Below, in pieces: positions 29,124 to 39,354 of a stretch of DNA of 64,000 nt. Every line of letters starts with the position of its first letter. The first letter of the stretch is position 1. A program made the translations under genes and the position numbers. Below the pieces are notes generated by a model. That model was not told the origin of the DNA, searched no databases, and saw nothing but the letters and a program-made list of their open reading frames with translations. This DNA is from Minisyncoccia bacterium (GTDB lineage: Bacteria > Patescibacteriota > Minisyncoccia > Phycocordibacterales > UBA9973), in the NCBI GenBank assembly GCA_038219305.1, contig JBBRJM010000001.1, positions 3,887 through 67,886 of the forward strand, written 5' to 3'.

Positions 29124-30275
29124 TTACTTCCCTTTCTTTAAATATTTTTTATTTTTTAATTTATCTGGTAATAAACTTTCTTTTGTATATTTTTCATAAT
29201 CTTTACCATAGCCAATATTTTTCATCAGATTGGTTGGTGCGTTTCTTATAATCATCGGGATCGATAAATTACCATATTTTTTTACATCTTCTTGTGCTGT
29301 TTTAAATGCCTCATAGGAATCTCTATTTTTGGGTGATTGTGCCAAATAGACGACTCCATGAGCTAGGTTTATGCCACATTCAGGCATTCCTATGATTTCA
29401 ACAGCTCTAAATACATCATTAGCGACGACTAGAGCTGTTGGTAGTGCAAGCCCTATATCTTCACTAGCAAAAATAACCATACGTCTAGCGATGAATTTTG
29501 GATCTTCCCCGGCTTCTAACATTCGAGCAAGATAATAAAGTGCTGCATCAGGCTGAGAGGCTCGCATGCTTTTAATAAATGCGCTGATAGTATTGTAATG
29601 CTCATCCCCTTTTTTATCATAACGTAAAATTTTTGACTGAAGTGTATTTTTAAAATTTTCAATATTTAATTCGTTATAGAGTGAAGATGTGTTTTCAATC
29701 ATAGCAATAGCTTGTCTGGCGTCACCATCTGACATTTCAATTAACCAATCACTTGCATCCTTCTTGATTTTAAAACCTGTTGATTTGATGATTTGTCTCA
29801 TCTCATCACTAGATAATTCTTCTAGTACAAAAACGCGACAGCGTGATAAAAGTGCTGAAATAACTTCAAAGCTAGGATTTTCTGTTGTGGCTCCGATTAA
29901 AATTAATTTTCCACTTTCAACATAAGGCAACAGAAAATCTTGCTGAGCTTTATTGAAACGATGTATTTCATCTAAAAATAATATTTTGGGTCCGAGAAGT
30001 TCACCAGTCCCGCGTGGGCCACTATCAACAATTTGCCTAATATCATCCTTGCCGGCAGATACCGCTGAGAGTTCATGGTAATCAGCGTTCATGGCTTGGG
30101 CATAAATTCGAGCTAGAGTCGTCTTGCCAACTCCCGGTGGACCCCAAAGAATAAAAGAAAAAATATGTTTTTTTTCAATAGCAATTCTGATTGGTTTGTT
30201 TGGGGCGACTAAATGAGCTTGGCCGACAAACTGGTCAAGGTTTCTAGGTCTTATTTTTGAAGCTAAGGGTTCCAT
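29124..30275 (-). CDS. rarA: Replication-associated recombination protein A (RarA/MgsA AAA+ ATPase)
   Basis: Walker [12 protein letters not shown], Walker B FLDEIHRF, MgsA C-terminal helical domain. Confidence 0.8.
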   Translation of the reverse strand: MEPLASKIRPRNLDQFVGQAHLVAPNKPIRIAIEKKHIFSFILWGPPGVGKTTLARIYAQAMNADYHELSAVSAGKDDIRQIVDSGPRGTGELLGPKILFLDEIHRFNKAQQDFLLPYVESGKLILIGATTENPSFEVISALLSRCRVFVLEELSSDEMRQIIKSTGFKIKKDASDWLIEMSDGDARQAIAMIENTSSLYNELNIENFKNTLQSKILRYDKKGDEHYNTISAFIKSMRASQPDAALYYLARMLEAGEDPKFIARRMVIFASEDIGLALPTALVVANDVFRAVEIIGMPECGINLAHGVVYLAQSPKNRDSYEAFKTAQEDVKKYGNLSIPMIIRNAPTNLMKNIGYGKDYEKYTKESLLPDKLKNKKYLKKGK

Positions 30276-30291
30276 ACCCCTTATTATATCA

Positions 30292-31560
30292 TTATTGAGC
30301 GACGAAAGTCAGAGCTATACCTTTGTGGTTTGCTCGTCCTGTTCTACCGATACGGTGAATATATGTATCATAAGTTTGAGGAATTTCGTAATTGATGACG
30401 TGGGAGACTGAAGGAATATCAAGTCCACGTGCCGCGACATCTGTCGCAACTAAGATATCAAGCATTCCCTCTTTAAAACTATTTAAAGTTCTTTGGCGTT
30501 CGTTGTGACGTTTATCACCATGAATTGATCCAGCTTTGAAACCTCTTTTAATCAAATCAACAGATAATTTTTCGACAGCATGTTTAGTTTCAGAAAATAT
30601 TAGTACTTTTTTAAATTCTTCAGTTTTAGATAAAAGATCTGAAAGTATATCAATTTTATTTACACCACGAGAAATTCTTATTACATCCTGTTCAACATTC
30701 TTTGAAGTATCACGAGTTTTGATCATTATACGAACTGGATCTTTCGCAAATTGTTCAATTAATTTTTCTATTGTTTTTGGAAGAGTTGCTGAAAAGAAAA
30801 AACTTTGTTTATCTTCTGGCGTTTGTTTTAGTAGGTAAGTTATATCATCAACAAATCCCATATCCAGCATACGATCAGCTTCATCTAAGACAATTGATTT
30901 TGTTCCAGAAAGATTAATTTCACCTCTTTTAACTAGATCGAGAAGTCTACCTGGTGTCCCAATTACTAAATTACAACCGCGTCTGATATTTCTAATCTGT
31001 GGTGTAATCGGAGTTCCACCAACGCAAGCCACGGCATAGATCTTCATTCCGATAGTTAGATCACAGAGTTCCTTTTCAATTTGGACGGCAAGTTCACGGG
31101 TTGGAGCAATAACTAGAGCTGTCTCATTATGATCTTTGATTATTTTATTAATTATTGGAATCAAAAAAGAGGCTGTTTTACCAGTACCAGTATCAGCAAT
31201 ACCAAGAATATCGCGACCAAGAAGAGCATGTGGAATAGCTTTGTCTTGGATAGGACTAGGATATATATATTGCTTTTTAGCAATCGTAATTTTAAGTTTA
31301 GCGTCAATAGCAAAATCACTAAAAGTGTGAGTTGGTAGATATATTTCTTCTTTCTCTATAATTGTTGATTTACTAATAAATCGCGAAACATCAATTCGTT
31401 CATAAGAGCCTTTTCTGTTTCGGCTACCGCCAGAATGTCCACCAGAACTTCTGCCACCAGAAAATCCCCCACGACTTCCGCCGGCTGCTGGTCTGCGACT
31501 TGCGCCACTCGAATAATTAGGGGCTCTACCTGAGCCTCTTTGTTTTATATTTGTATACAT
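30292..31560 (-). CDS. DEAD-box ATP-dependent RNA helicase with an N-terminal Arg/Gly-rich extension
   Basis: Q-motif region, Walker A ADTGTGKT, DEAD (VLDEAD), SAT and HRIGRTGR motifs. The first about 55 aa are an RGG/GGS-rich low-complexity tail. Confidence 0.8.
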   Translation of the reverse strand: MYTNIKQRGSGRAPNYSSGASRRPAAGGSRGGFSGGRSSGGHSGGSRNRKGSYERIDVSRFISKSTIIEKEEIYLPTHTFSDFAIDAKLKITIAKKQYIYPSPIQDKAIPHALLGRDILGIADTGTGKTASFLIPIINKIIKDHNETALVIAPTRELAVQIEKELCDLTIGMKIYAVACVGGTPITPQIRNIRRGCNLVIGTPGRLLDLVKRGEINLSGTKSIVLDEADRMLDMGFVDDITYLLKQTPEDKQSFFFSATLPKTIEKLIEQFAKDPVRIMIKTRDTSKNVEQDVIRISRGVNKIDILSDLLSKTEEFKKVLIFSETKHAVEKLSVDLIKRGFKAGSIHGDKRHNERQRTLNSFKEGMLDILVATDVAARGLDIPSVSHVINYEIPQTYDTYIHRIGRTGRANHKGIALTFVAQ

Positions 31561-31723
31561 ATTTTTATTTTATTGCGTGTCTCAAAATTAATATTGAAAC
31601 ACTCATACACACAAGGAGTTTTTCAATCTAATTAGATAATATCACCTATCCCCTCTTTTGTCAAGGAAGTTCGTGATGAGATCCAAAAAAACCGCTCAAA
31701 TGAACGGTTTTTTGTCTATTTTT

Positions 31724-31975
31724 CTACAAATTTTTTAATTCTGTATCAATTTGGATTAGATCCTTGTCGCTTGTATCATCAACTTTTATATTATTTAAAG
31801 CTTGATTAATTGAGACAGTCGAGTCGGATTCTATAGCTTGATTGATTTGGATATCTGAAGCAGATGGTTGTTCTGTTATTATTTCTTTTGTTTGATTTTT
31901 CTTAATCATAATTGTGGCAATAATTGCCGCAATAATGATTATTATAAGAATAACTGTCGTTCTATTTTTATTCAT
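31724..31975 (-). CDS. Small TM-anchored hypothetical protein
   Basis: 83 aa, one N-terminal TM (ILIIIIIAAIIATIMI). Confidence 0.35.
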   Translation of the reverse strand: MNKNRTTVILIIIIIAAIIATIMIKKNQTKEIITEQPSASDIQINQAIESDSTVSINQALNNIKVDDTSDKDLIQIDTELKNL

Positions 31976-31995
31976 AAGATGTAAAATATTATTTA

Positions 31996-32892
31996 TTAGT
32001 TATTTTCTGAAGTTTTAGTATTTTTTTCGACCTCAGAAGTGGCATTTTTATCACCTATTTTATTTTCCTTAACATCTTTATCTTGATCAATTTTTGGAAT
32101 TTTGGCTAAAGTTGTTGCAGTATTACGGACAGCTTGGTGAGATAATTTAACAGTTTCAATTACCGCTTTTATATCTGTTTTAAATGTATCGCGTAGTTTT
32201 TTCATATCAACCTTAAGTGTTGTTTCGTCAATTTTTGGTTCATAAGATTTTTTTGATTGCTCGATTATCGCCTTTCGAGCTGTGTCTATGGTCTCTTTGG
32301 CTTTAGTCAATTGGGCTGTAGCAAGAGTAATATTTACCCTATTTTCTTCGGCTTTATCAATACGAGATTGAACACTAACCAAGACAGCTTCAATCTGGTC
32401 AACCTTGCTTGAAATTTGATTAGTAATTCTCTCATTTAATGAATTAATTCCTGTAACAATTTTCTCGGTTGAATCTTTCTTTTTTAAATCTTTAATTGTA
32501 TCTAATTTTGCTTTAAAGGAAATCTTAGTTGATTCTATTTTTTGTTTAACTAAATTTTTATTTAATTCAAGTTCTTTTTTAAATTCTTCTCTTTTGACTT
32601 TTATGTCCCCTACCATTGATTCTAATTTTGATTTAAATTCATCTTTGTTTTCTTTCAAACCTTCTTTTAGTCCACTTTTAAGATCTTCATTATCTGTTCT
32701 CTGTATCGTTTTCTGCTCCTTATATCCCTCTCTGATTGTTTTAACTTCCTCCCTTTGTCCTTCTCTAATTTCTCTGATAGATTCTGTTCCTTTGAAACTT
32801 TTTGTTTCAGAATCTTGCGCATAAACAACAAACCCTAAAAATAATGATAAGCTGATAATAATTGGCGCACCATACTTGATGTATTTATTCAT
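31996..32892 (-). CDS. Exported coiled-coil protein (signal peptide, Lys/Glu-rich helical repeats)
   Basis: Signal-like N-terminus followed by long K/E-rich predicted coiled coil. Confidence 0.4.
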   Translation of the reverse strand: MNKYIKYGAPIIISLSLFLGFVVYAQDSETKSFKGTESIREIREGQREEVKTIREGYKEQKTIQRTDNEDLKSGLKEGLKENKDEFKSKLESMVGDIKVKREEFKKELELNKNLVKQKIESTKISFKAKLDTIKDLKKKDSTEKIVTGINSLNERITNQISSKVDQIEAVLVSVQSRIDKAEENRVNITLATAQLTKAKETIDTARKAIIEQSKKSYEPKIDETTLKVDMKKLRDTFKTDIKAVIETVKLSHQAVRNTATTLAKIPKIDQDKDVKENKIGDKNATSEVEKNTKTSENN

Positions 32893-32984
32893 ATATGTTT
32901 ATTATAATACTTCTAATTTTATTAAACAATCAAGAATCATAACATAAAAATCCTTATTAAATAATACTAATAAGGATTTTTATG

Positions 32985-33956
32985 TTATTTTATTACGCTG
33001 TTTATAACTTTACCTGTTTCAAAGGCTGAGATTATATTTTTAGCAGCAATTTCTGCCATTTGGTTACGGGCAGTTTCTCTAGATGAAGCAATGTGAGGAG
33101 TAAGAATAACATTTTCTAATTTTGCCAAACCACTACTTAATTTAGGTTCAAATTCAAAAACATCAAGTGCTGCACCACGAATTTGATTCTTTTTTAATGC
33201 TTCTACCAAAGCTTCTTCATCAATGACTGGTCCGCGGGCTGTATTAATTAAAAATGCAGTCGGCTTCATTTGACTCAAAGTGTTTTTGTTGATCAGGTGA
33301 GTAGTTGATGGCAAGAGTGGACAGTGAAGCGATATAATATCGGCTTCTTTTAGCACATCACTCAATTCTTTTTTAACGGCGCCTGTTTCTTGTTCGATTT
33401 GTTGATTGGCCACTACATCAGAGTAAATTATTTTTGCCCCAAATCCATTAAAAAGTATTTTAGCAACGACTGAGCCAATAGCTCCGACTCCGATTAAACC
33501 AATTACTTTATCTTTCATATCAGTCCCAACGAGTAATTCTGGATCCCAGCCTTTGTATTTTCCTTTTCGCATAAAACGGTCACCTTCGGTAATTCTAGTT
33601 GTTAGAGCCATCATCATAGAAACAGTAGATTCAGCGACAGCTGTATTTGATGTACCAGGAGTATTAGAAACTTCAATTCCATTTTTCTTTGCATCTTCAA
33701 TATTTATATTGTTGAAACCAACAGAAAAATTAGCAAAAACTTTAGCAGTTGGACAAGCTACAAATACACTTTGATCAATTTCATCAGTCAAGAATGATAT
33801 AACACCGTCATAAGGTTTTAATTTCAATTTCTTAATTAAATCTTTTTTAGAAAGAGGATTGCGATCTTTGCCCATATCAAACGTGATTCCACTCTCATTT
33901 AGTAATTTTAATCCAGCCAAAGGAATCCTTCTTGTAATATAAATATGTTTAGTCAT
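32985..33956 (-). CDS. D-isomer-specific 2-hydroxyacid dehydrogenase (glycerate/hydroxypyruvate or phosphoglycerate dehydrogenase-like)
   Basis: NAD-binding GLIGVGAIGSVVAK, and a catalytic R...E...H arrangement (HIASSRE). Confidence 0.7.
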   Translation of the reverse strand: MTKHIYITRRIPLAGLKLLNESGITFDMGKDRNPLSKKDLIKKLKLKPYDGVISFLTDEIDQSVFVACPTAKVFANFSVGFNNINIEDAKKNGIEVSNTPGTSNTAVAESTVSMMMALTTRITEGDRFMRKGKYKGWDPELLVGTDMKDKVIGLIGVGAIGSVVAKILFNGFGAKIIYSDVVANQQIEQETGAVKKELSDVLKEADIISLHCPLLPSTTHLINKNTLSQMKPTAFLINTARGPVIDEEALVEALKKNQIRGAALDVFEFEPKLSSGLAKLENVILTPHIASSRETARNQMAEIAAKNIISAFETGKVINSVIK

Positions 33957-33967
33957 TCTAAAATTTT

Positions 33968-34771
33968 TTAAATAATAATAATATCTTTTTTAATCATGTG
34001 TTTCTCAGCTGAAAGTGCAATCTTCTCCATCATGGCGACAGTTTCGATTGGATGCTTCCCTTTAGCGGATTCTTCTGACAACATAACAGCATCAGCTCCT
34101 TCAATAATAGCATACGCTACATCGGAAACTTCTGCTCTTGTTGGTGTTATATTTTCAGTCATTGAGAGCATCATTTGAGTAGCCACAATAACAAGCTTAC
34201 CCTGCCGGTTTGCTTCCTTTATAATATTGTGTTGAATGAATGGTATTTCTTCGAGTGGAAATTCATTTCCAAGGTCACCGCGCGCTACCATAATAGCATC
34301 AGATGCTTCAACTATTTCAACGAGGTTTTCATATCCAAGGCGCCTTTCAATCTTGGCAATAACTTTTTGATGTCCACCTTTCTCTTTAATTATATTTTTT
34401 ATAAACTTAACATCTTCGGCAGTTCCAACGAATGATTGAGCTACATAATCAACTCCTTGTTCTATTCCGAAAGTTAAATCAGCAATGTCTTTGTCGGTCG
34501 TGATTTGTTCATTTTGTTCTCCTCCAAAATGGTGACTTCCCTCTTCTTGAACTCTAGGACCAGACAAATCTTGAACAATATATATTTTTTTTGACAATTC
34601 CAAGGCTGCCTGACGAATATTCTTAATAATTATTTCGTATTCTGGATATGTTCCCCAAGAAAAATTAAGTCTAGCCATATTCATATGGTGGCTAATTAAT
34701 TCTCTAATTTTTTCTTTTGAATCTGATGCTGGTCCTATTGTTGCTATTATTTTTGTGATTGATTCTTCCAT
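33968..34771 (-). CDS. pyk: Minimal pyruvate kinase: A-domain TIM barrel only, lacking the B (lid) and C-terminal domains
   Basis: [16 protein letters not shown] (equivalent to the K/GPEIR region), and MVARGDLG... motifs. 267 aa versus about 470 aa for a typical PK. Confidence 0.6.
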   Translation of the reverse strand: MEESITKIIATIGPASDSKEKIRELISHHMNMARLNFSWGTYPEYEIIIKNIRQAALELSKKIYIVQDLSGPRVQEEGSHHFGGEQNEQITTDKDIADLTFGIEQGVDYVAQSFVGTAEDVKFIKNIIKEKGGHQKVIAKIERRLGYENLVEIVEASDAIMVARGDLGNEFPLEEIPFIQHNIIKEANRQGKLVIVATQMMLSMTENITPTRAEVSDVAYAIIEGADAVMLSEESAKGKHPIETVAMMEKIALSAEKHMIKKDIIII

Positions 34772-34910
34772 CTAATTTTTTGGATACTCTTGTCTTTTTA
34801 TGATAGAGTATTATTTAGTCAAAGTTAATAATAAAACAAGGATATCTTTTAAACTTAATAAAGTATAAATTATAAAAAATAAATAAATATACTCAAAAGT
34901 ACTATATTAT

Positions 34911-36134
34911 TTATTTTGCAATCTTGATGATTCTTTCATATTTAACATTCCTCTCTTTTGGGCCGAGAGCTCCTGATTTAATTCCAAATGTTCCAAAAGC
35001 ATAAGCTAAATCTCCAATGAAATCATCCATTGTTTCCCCGCTACGATGACTAATAATACAAGCCATATCGTTATCACAGGCCATTTTCATTGTTTTAAGA
35101 GTTTCAGTTAATGTGCCTATTTGGTTTGGCTTAATGATTATTCCTTTTGCACTTTTTTCTTTAATAGCACGATCGAGTCTAATAATATTTGTGACAGTTA
35201 AATCATCTGCTATGAGTCGAACTAGGGGTATTTTTGTTTGAAGATTAGTAAAACTTTCGAAATCTTCTTCATCAAATGGATCTTCAATCGATATCATTGG
35301 ATATTCACTACAGATTTTTTCATATAGTTCAATCATATCGTTTTTTGACCATTTTTTATCAAGAAAATCATAAGTATCAGATTCTCCGTTATAGAAAGAA
35401 CTAGCAGCAACATCAAGTGCATATTTAATTTTATCAGTGTAGCCCAGTTCAGTTGTCGCTTTCTTCATTAAATTAAGTGGTATAAAAATATCTTCAACAT
35501 CAAGTGCAATTCCTCCTTCATCTCCTTTGATAAGTGGGCCACCAAATTCTTTTTCAATTAATTCATCTAATTTTGCTTGGATCTCACGAGAAATTTTGAC
35601 ACTTTCTTCTGCAGTATCAACTTGAGGAACTATATGGAATTCTTGAAAAGCTAATTTGGTCGATGCATGTTTACCACCATTTATAAGATTGAAGAATAAA
35701 TAAGGTTCTTTTCTAAAATGTTTAATTTCTGAAAGCGTCCTCAAATATTCAAAAGTTTCCATTTTAAGGACTTTAGAGGCTGCTTTAGCACAAGCAATAC
35801 TAACACCAATCATACTATTTCCTCCTAGATTAGTTTTTTGTTGAGTGCCATCTAGATTGATCATAGTTTCATCTATTAAAGTTTGTTCATCAACGTTTGT
35901 GCCAACTAAAGCAGGTTTTATAAGGTCGGCAATTTGTTTTATAGCTGTTTGAACGGTTCCTTTACCACTCTTGTCGTCACGAAGCTCACAGGCCTCATAT
36001 TTACCAGTACTAGCTCCTGATGGAACTTCAAATGTGCCAACAATGTCGCCAACAAATACAGAAACTTTAAGTGTTGGATTCTTGCGTGAATCTAGAATTT
36101 GTGTTGCTTCAATATTTGTGATTTTTTTATCCAT
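34911..36134 (-). CDS. eno: Enolase (phosphopyruvate hydratase)
   Basis: Enolase N- and C-domains, including the SHRSGETED-type motif (SHRSGETMD). 407 aa. Confidence 0.85.
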   Translation of the reverse strand: MDKKITNIEATQILDSRKNPTLKVSVFVGDIVGTFEVPSGASTGKYEACELRDDKSGKGTVQTAIKQIADLIKPALVGTNVDEQTLIDETMINLDGTQQKTNLGGNSMIGVSIACAKAASKVLKMETFEYLRTLSEIKHFRKEPYLFFNLINGGKHASTKLAFQEFHIVPQVDTAEESVKISREIQAKLDELIEKEFGGPLIKGDEGGIALDVEDIFIPLNLMKKATTELGYTDKIKYALDVAASSFYNGESDTYDFLDKKWSKNDMIELYEKICSEYPMISIEDPFDEEDFESFTNLQTKIPLVRLIADDLTVTNIIRLDRAIKEKSAKGIIIKPNQIGTLTETLKTMKMACDNDMACIISHRSGETMDDFIGDLAYAFGTFGIKSGALGPKERNVKYERIIKIAK

Positions 36135-36274
36135 ATTTTTATATTTTAATGATAATTAATTTATCTCTATTTTTTTCTCGTGACTACGACTGACTTACGA
36201 GATTAATAACAATAATTCCTCTATTATATAATAAAAGCTAAATTTTCCCAAACAAATTAGTTGGCGCATTTGCA

Positions 36275-36315
36275 AACATAAAACACCCCAACTCGGAGTG
36301 TTTTATGTTTTGACT
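36275..36315. terminator. Strong hairpin terminator (12-bp stem) in the eno upstream region
   Basis: aacataaaacac-cccaactcgga-gtgttttatgtt followed by TTG. Confidence 0.55.
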
Positions 36316-36498
36316 ATTTCTTTGGTGTAACTTTCTTGGGTTTCTTTACTTCTTTCTTGTGACTTACTCCTTTTGCCATATAATTTGTGTAATCTCGTCA
36401 CAATGATTGCGACGGAATAAAATAATTATTTAATAATAGATTTATTATATCACTCTTATACTATTTTCAAAAATATTAAAATCAATTATAATGTGGAT

Positions 36499-36666
36499 AT
36501 GAGTGATGAAGATGACACAAAAAATGAAATAACACCCAAAGACCCCATTTGTCCTAGATGTGGTTTGCGGTCTTATGACGAAGTATGCCAAAATTGTGGA
36601 ACTCCAATAGTTACGAAGACTGATGATGAAGATGAAGACTATAATTGGCGTGAAAAATATCGCTAA
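36499..36666 (+). CDS. Unlisted 55-aa zinc-ribbon micro-protein (CPRCG...CQNCG) with acidic termini
   Basis: Found by manual translation: MSDEDDTKNEITPKDPICPRCGLRSYDEVCQNCGTPIVTKTDDEDEDYNWREKYR. Two CxxC pairs. Below the ORF track's size cut-off. Confidence 0.4.
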   Translation: MSDEDDTKNEITPKDPICPRCGLRSYDEVCQNCGTPIVTKTDDEDEDYNWREKYR

Positions 36667-36835
36667 TTTGATATTTAGCGTGCTTCATTTATAAAAAATA
36701 CGTTTTGAACAAAAACTTGATATTTAGCTTTGATAAATAAATCATCAGTAGAGTATTTATTTTCATTACTATCATTAAAAAATAAACATCGGATTTTAAT
36801 TTTTTATGAGATGGTAAACTTTTTAAACCTAAAAA

Positions 36836-37612
36836 TTATTTAACTAATTCAAATTTAGTGATTGAGATGTTGTCTGGATTATTTTTATAAACATAGCTAA
36901 CTTTGGCATAACTCACGATGTGACCATCTTCGTAAGAAATTTCGGCGATATTTGACTCTTCATTTATTGTAATTGTTGTAACATGCCACGATCCACCCAA
37001 GACCGCAGAATTTGTGGCGATGATCTTTATGTTATCTTTAATATATTTTTCAACTGATAATTTTTCATCAAGTTTTGTACAGTCTATCTGTGGTATGGCT
37101 TTGATAAAAGTCAAATTATTTTTATCTTTATAAACATAAACACTATCGCCACGATCAACCATTTCACCATATCCAACCGTTGCATCATTAGCTTGCCACT
37201 TGATAATAAGTTCTTCTTTAGTTTCCATTCCTTCGGCACGAGAGTTCCACCAAACAAAATTGGTTTTTGTAGCGTCTTCTTTTTCATTTGCAATAGGTGT
37301 TATTTTAGCTGAAAAATCGCCTACTTTGGAATCTGATTCAGCTGGTAAATCATGAAATTCTCCGGTTAAATTGACACCATTTTGTTGTATTTTAAGCCAA
37401 ACTTTATCATAATAGCCAGTTGAGGCAACCTTATTCTCACGAAAGTAGCAATAATTAATCGGTTCTTTGTTTGAAACGATTGGTTCTACAATCTGTGGAT
37501 CAATAGATGCTTTTGGAACACTTTTAAAATTAATGGTTAATAATACAGCTCCAATAATAAGAATAATAAGAATAATAATTAGAATTTTTTTAGCTTTATA
37601 TGTGTTAATCAT
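36836..37612 (-). CDS. Hypothetical TM-anchored extracytoplasmic protein
   Basis: N-terminal TM (KILIIILIILIIGAVLLTI). 258 aa, no known domain. Confidence 0.4.
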   Translation of the reverse strand: MINTYKAKKILIIILIILIIGAVLLTINFKSVPKASIDPQIVEPIVSNKEPINYCYFRENKVASTGYYDKVWLKIQQNGVNLTGEFHDLPAESDSKVGDFSAKITPIANEKEDATKTNFVWWNSRAEGMETKEELIIKWQANDATVGYGEMVDRGDSVYVYKDKNNLTFIKAIPQIDCTKLDEKLSVEKYIKDNIKIIATNSAVLGGSWHVTTITINEESNIAEISYEDGHIVSYAKVSYVYKNNPDNISITKFELVK

Positions 37613-37645
37613 AGTCTAATTATATCATTTTCTTTGAAAAGATTA

Positions 37646-39337
37646 TCAAATAAATAATTTGGCAATTCGAATCTCTTCAAATGATAAATCATAACCCTCG
37701 CTCTCTAAAATTTGCTTAATGGGATTTAACTTTCCTAGTTCATCGTCTTTTAATTTTATATTTGCTTTTTTAACAAGGTCAATATTTTTTTGGCTCGGTT
37801 TGATGTGTTTGATATCTGTCTTTGGAAATTCTTCCATTATTTTTTCAATGTGGTGCGTAATTGTACCTAGTGTTAAATCACGCTCTTTGGCTATTTGTTT
37901 AATATTTTTACCACTCTCCAATAATTCTTTTGTAATTATGATTGTCGGAATCTTCGTATCAATGATCATTTTTTTTATTTTTTTATTGGTTCCGATTGCT
38001 CCATAGACAACTCCACCCATCTTATGAATGAAATCCACTTCTAATTTTTGCTGTTCATTATTTTTAAGTTTACGGAATAATAGTTCATTCTGGAAACTTT
38101 GATTTTTCAAATCTTGATCAAATTCTAAAATAATAGGGTCAACACGGAGTGATTCTGCATTAAAACCAACTAAACTTATACCCTCGAGTGTGCGAACTCG
38201 CGAAAGTGCAACATAACCCATTCCATAAGTAAAACTATTTCTTAAATCTATTTCAGCATTGTCGAGCGACATACCTTGGCTTTTATGAATAGTAATCGCC
38301 CATGCTAGACGAAGTGGAATCTGAGAAACGGAGGCTTTGACTTTACCATTCTCTTCGATGGCCCAAAGTTCTGGCTTTAAAATAATCTTCTTACCATTGT
38401 AGAGTTGAACAATAGGATTACCATGTCCATCTACAAATCCCACTACTTTACCGCGAGATCCATTAACATAACCTTCTTCAAAATTATTTTTGATACACAT
38501 TACTTCAGCTCCAATTTTGAGTTTCAGCCCCTCATGAGCTAAACAACTTTTTTTGAGAATTTCAACCAGTGGCTCGGGTCCGGTTGAAGTCATATGGAAA
38601 AATTTCTCATTACTTACTACATTAGAGAGTTCAATACTGTTTATATTGTCGACATTCACATTGTGAGTGTAAAGTCGAGTAGCTTTGATACCACTTTTAA
38701 GTGTGGCTCCAACTCGGCTTTGCAATTGTTCAATATGTTTTTGTTCCATACAATTCCCTCGGATGGTATTTAAAATTTCTGTTAAGTTATCATCTTCTTG
38801 ACGGTGTTGCTCTTCTATATAACAAACAGCTGGGTTAAGGCTCTGCCAAGCTGTACTTTCAAAAACCATACCACTTTGACCTTCCTGATTAATTGATTTA
38901 TTAATTGGAGGTAATTGAAAAAAATCACCAGAGAGAATAACTTGGAGTCCACCAAAAGGTGTATCGCTACGTTTGAATTTCCGGCACACACGTTCAACCA
39001 TATCAAGCTGTGATCCATGGAGCATTGAGACTTCATCAATGATTAAGATTCGGGCTTTCTCAAATCGCTTCCAAAGATACTTTTTTTCTTCGAGTTGATC
39101 GAGATCTCGCTCATCCATTTTATTTCGAATACCAATTCCTGACCAACTATGAATAGTCATTCCATTCATATGAGTTGCAGCAATACCAGTTGAAGCTGTG
39201 ACAGCAACAGGAATATCATGATCCTCAAGATAATGTATATATTTATTTAGTAAATAAGTTTTACCCGAACCAGCACTACCAGTTAAGTAGATATTAACGC
39301 CGGTTTTCATGATTAAAAATGCCTGATCTTGAGTCAT
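37646..39337 (-). CDS. PIF1/RecD-like superfamily 1 DNA helicase with a C-terminal helix-turn-helix extension. Co-transcribed with lexA.
   Basis: Walker A GSAGSGKTYL, Walker B LIIDEVSM, RecD/PIF1 motif TIHKSQGMSLD. The C-terminal about 130 aa are HTH-like. Confidence 0.7.
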   Translation of the reverse strand: MTQDQAFLIMKTGVNIYLTGSAGSGKTYLLNKYIHYLEDHDIPVAVTASTGIAATHMNGMTIHSWSGIGIRNKMDERDLDQLEEKKYLWKRFEKARILIIDEVSMLHGSQLDMVERVCRKFKRSDTPFGGLQVILSGDFFQLPPINKSINQEGQSGMVFESTAWQSLNPAVCYIEEQHRQEDDNLTEILNTIRGNCMEQKHIEQLQSRVGATLKSGIKATRLYTHNVNVDNINSIELSNVVSNEKFFHMTSTGPEPLVEILKKSCLAHEGLKLKIGAEVMCIKNNFEEGYVNGSRGKVVGFVDGHGNPIVQLYNGKKIILKPELWAIEENGKVKASVSQIPLRLAWAITIHKSQGMSLDNAEIDLRNSFTYGMGYVALSRVRTLEGISLVGFNAESLRVDPIILEFDQDLKNQSFQNELLFRKLKNNEQQKLEVDFIHKMGGVVYGAIGTNKKIKKMIIDTKIPTIIITKELLESGKNIKQIAKERDLTLGTITHHIEKIMEEFPKTDIKHIKPSQKNIDLVKKANIKLKDDELGKLNPIKQILESEGYDLSFEEIRIAKLFI

Positions 39338-39354
39338 ATTGAGCTATTATAGCA

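Noticed and set aside
33968-34771. Pyruvate kinase pseudogene interpretation
   Set aside because: The reading frame is intact from a plausible start to a stop, the gene sits 12 bp upstream of the next gene in an operon, and no flanking ORF fragments in the track would encode the missing domains. It is treated as a genuine minimal enzyme rather than a decayed gene, with uncertainty flagged.
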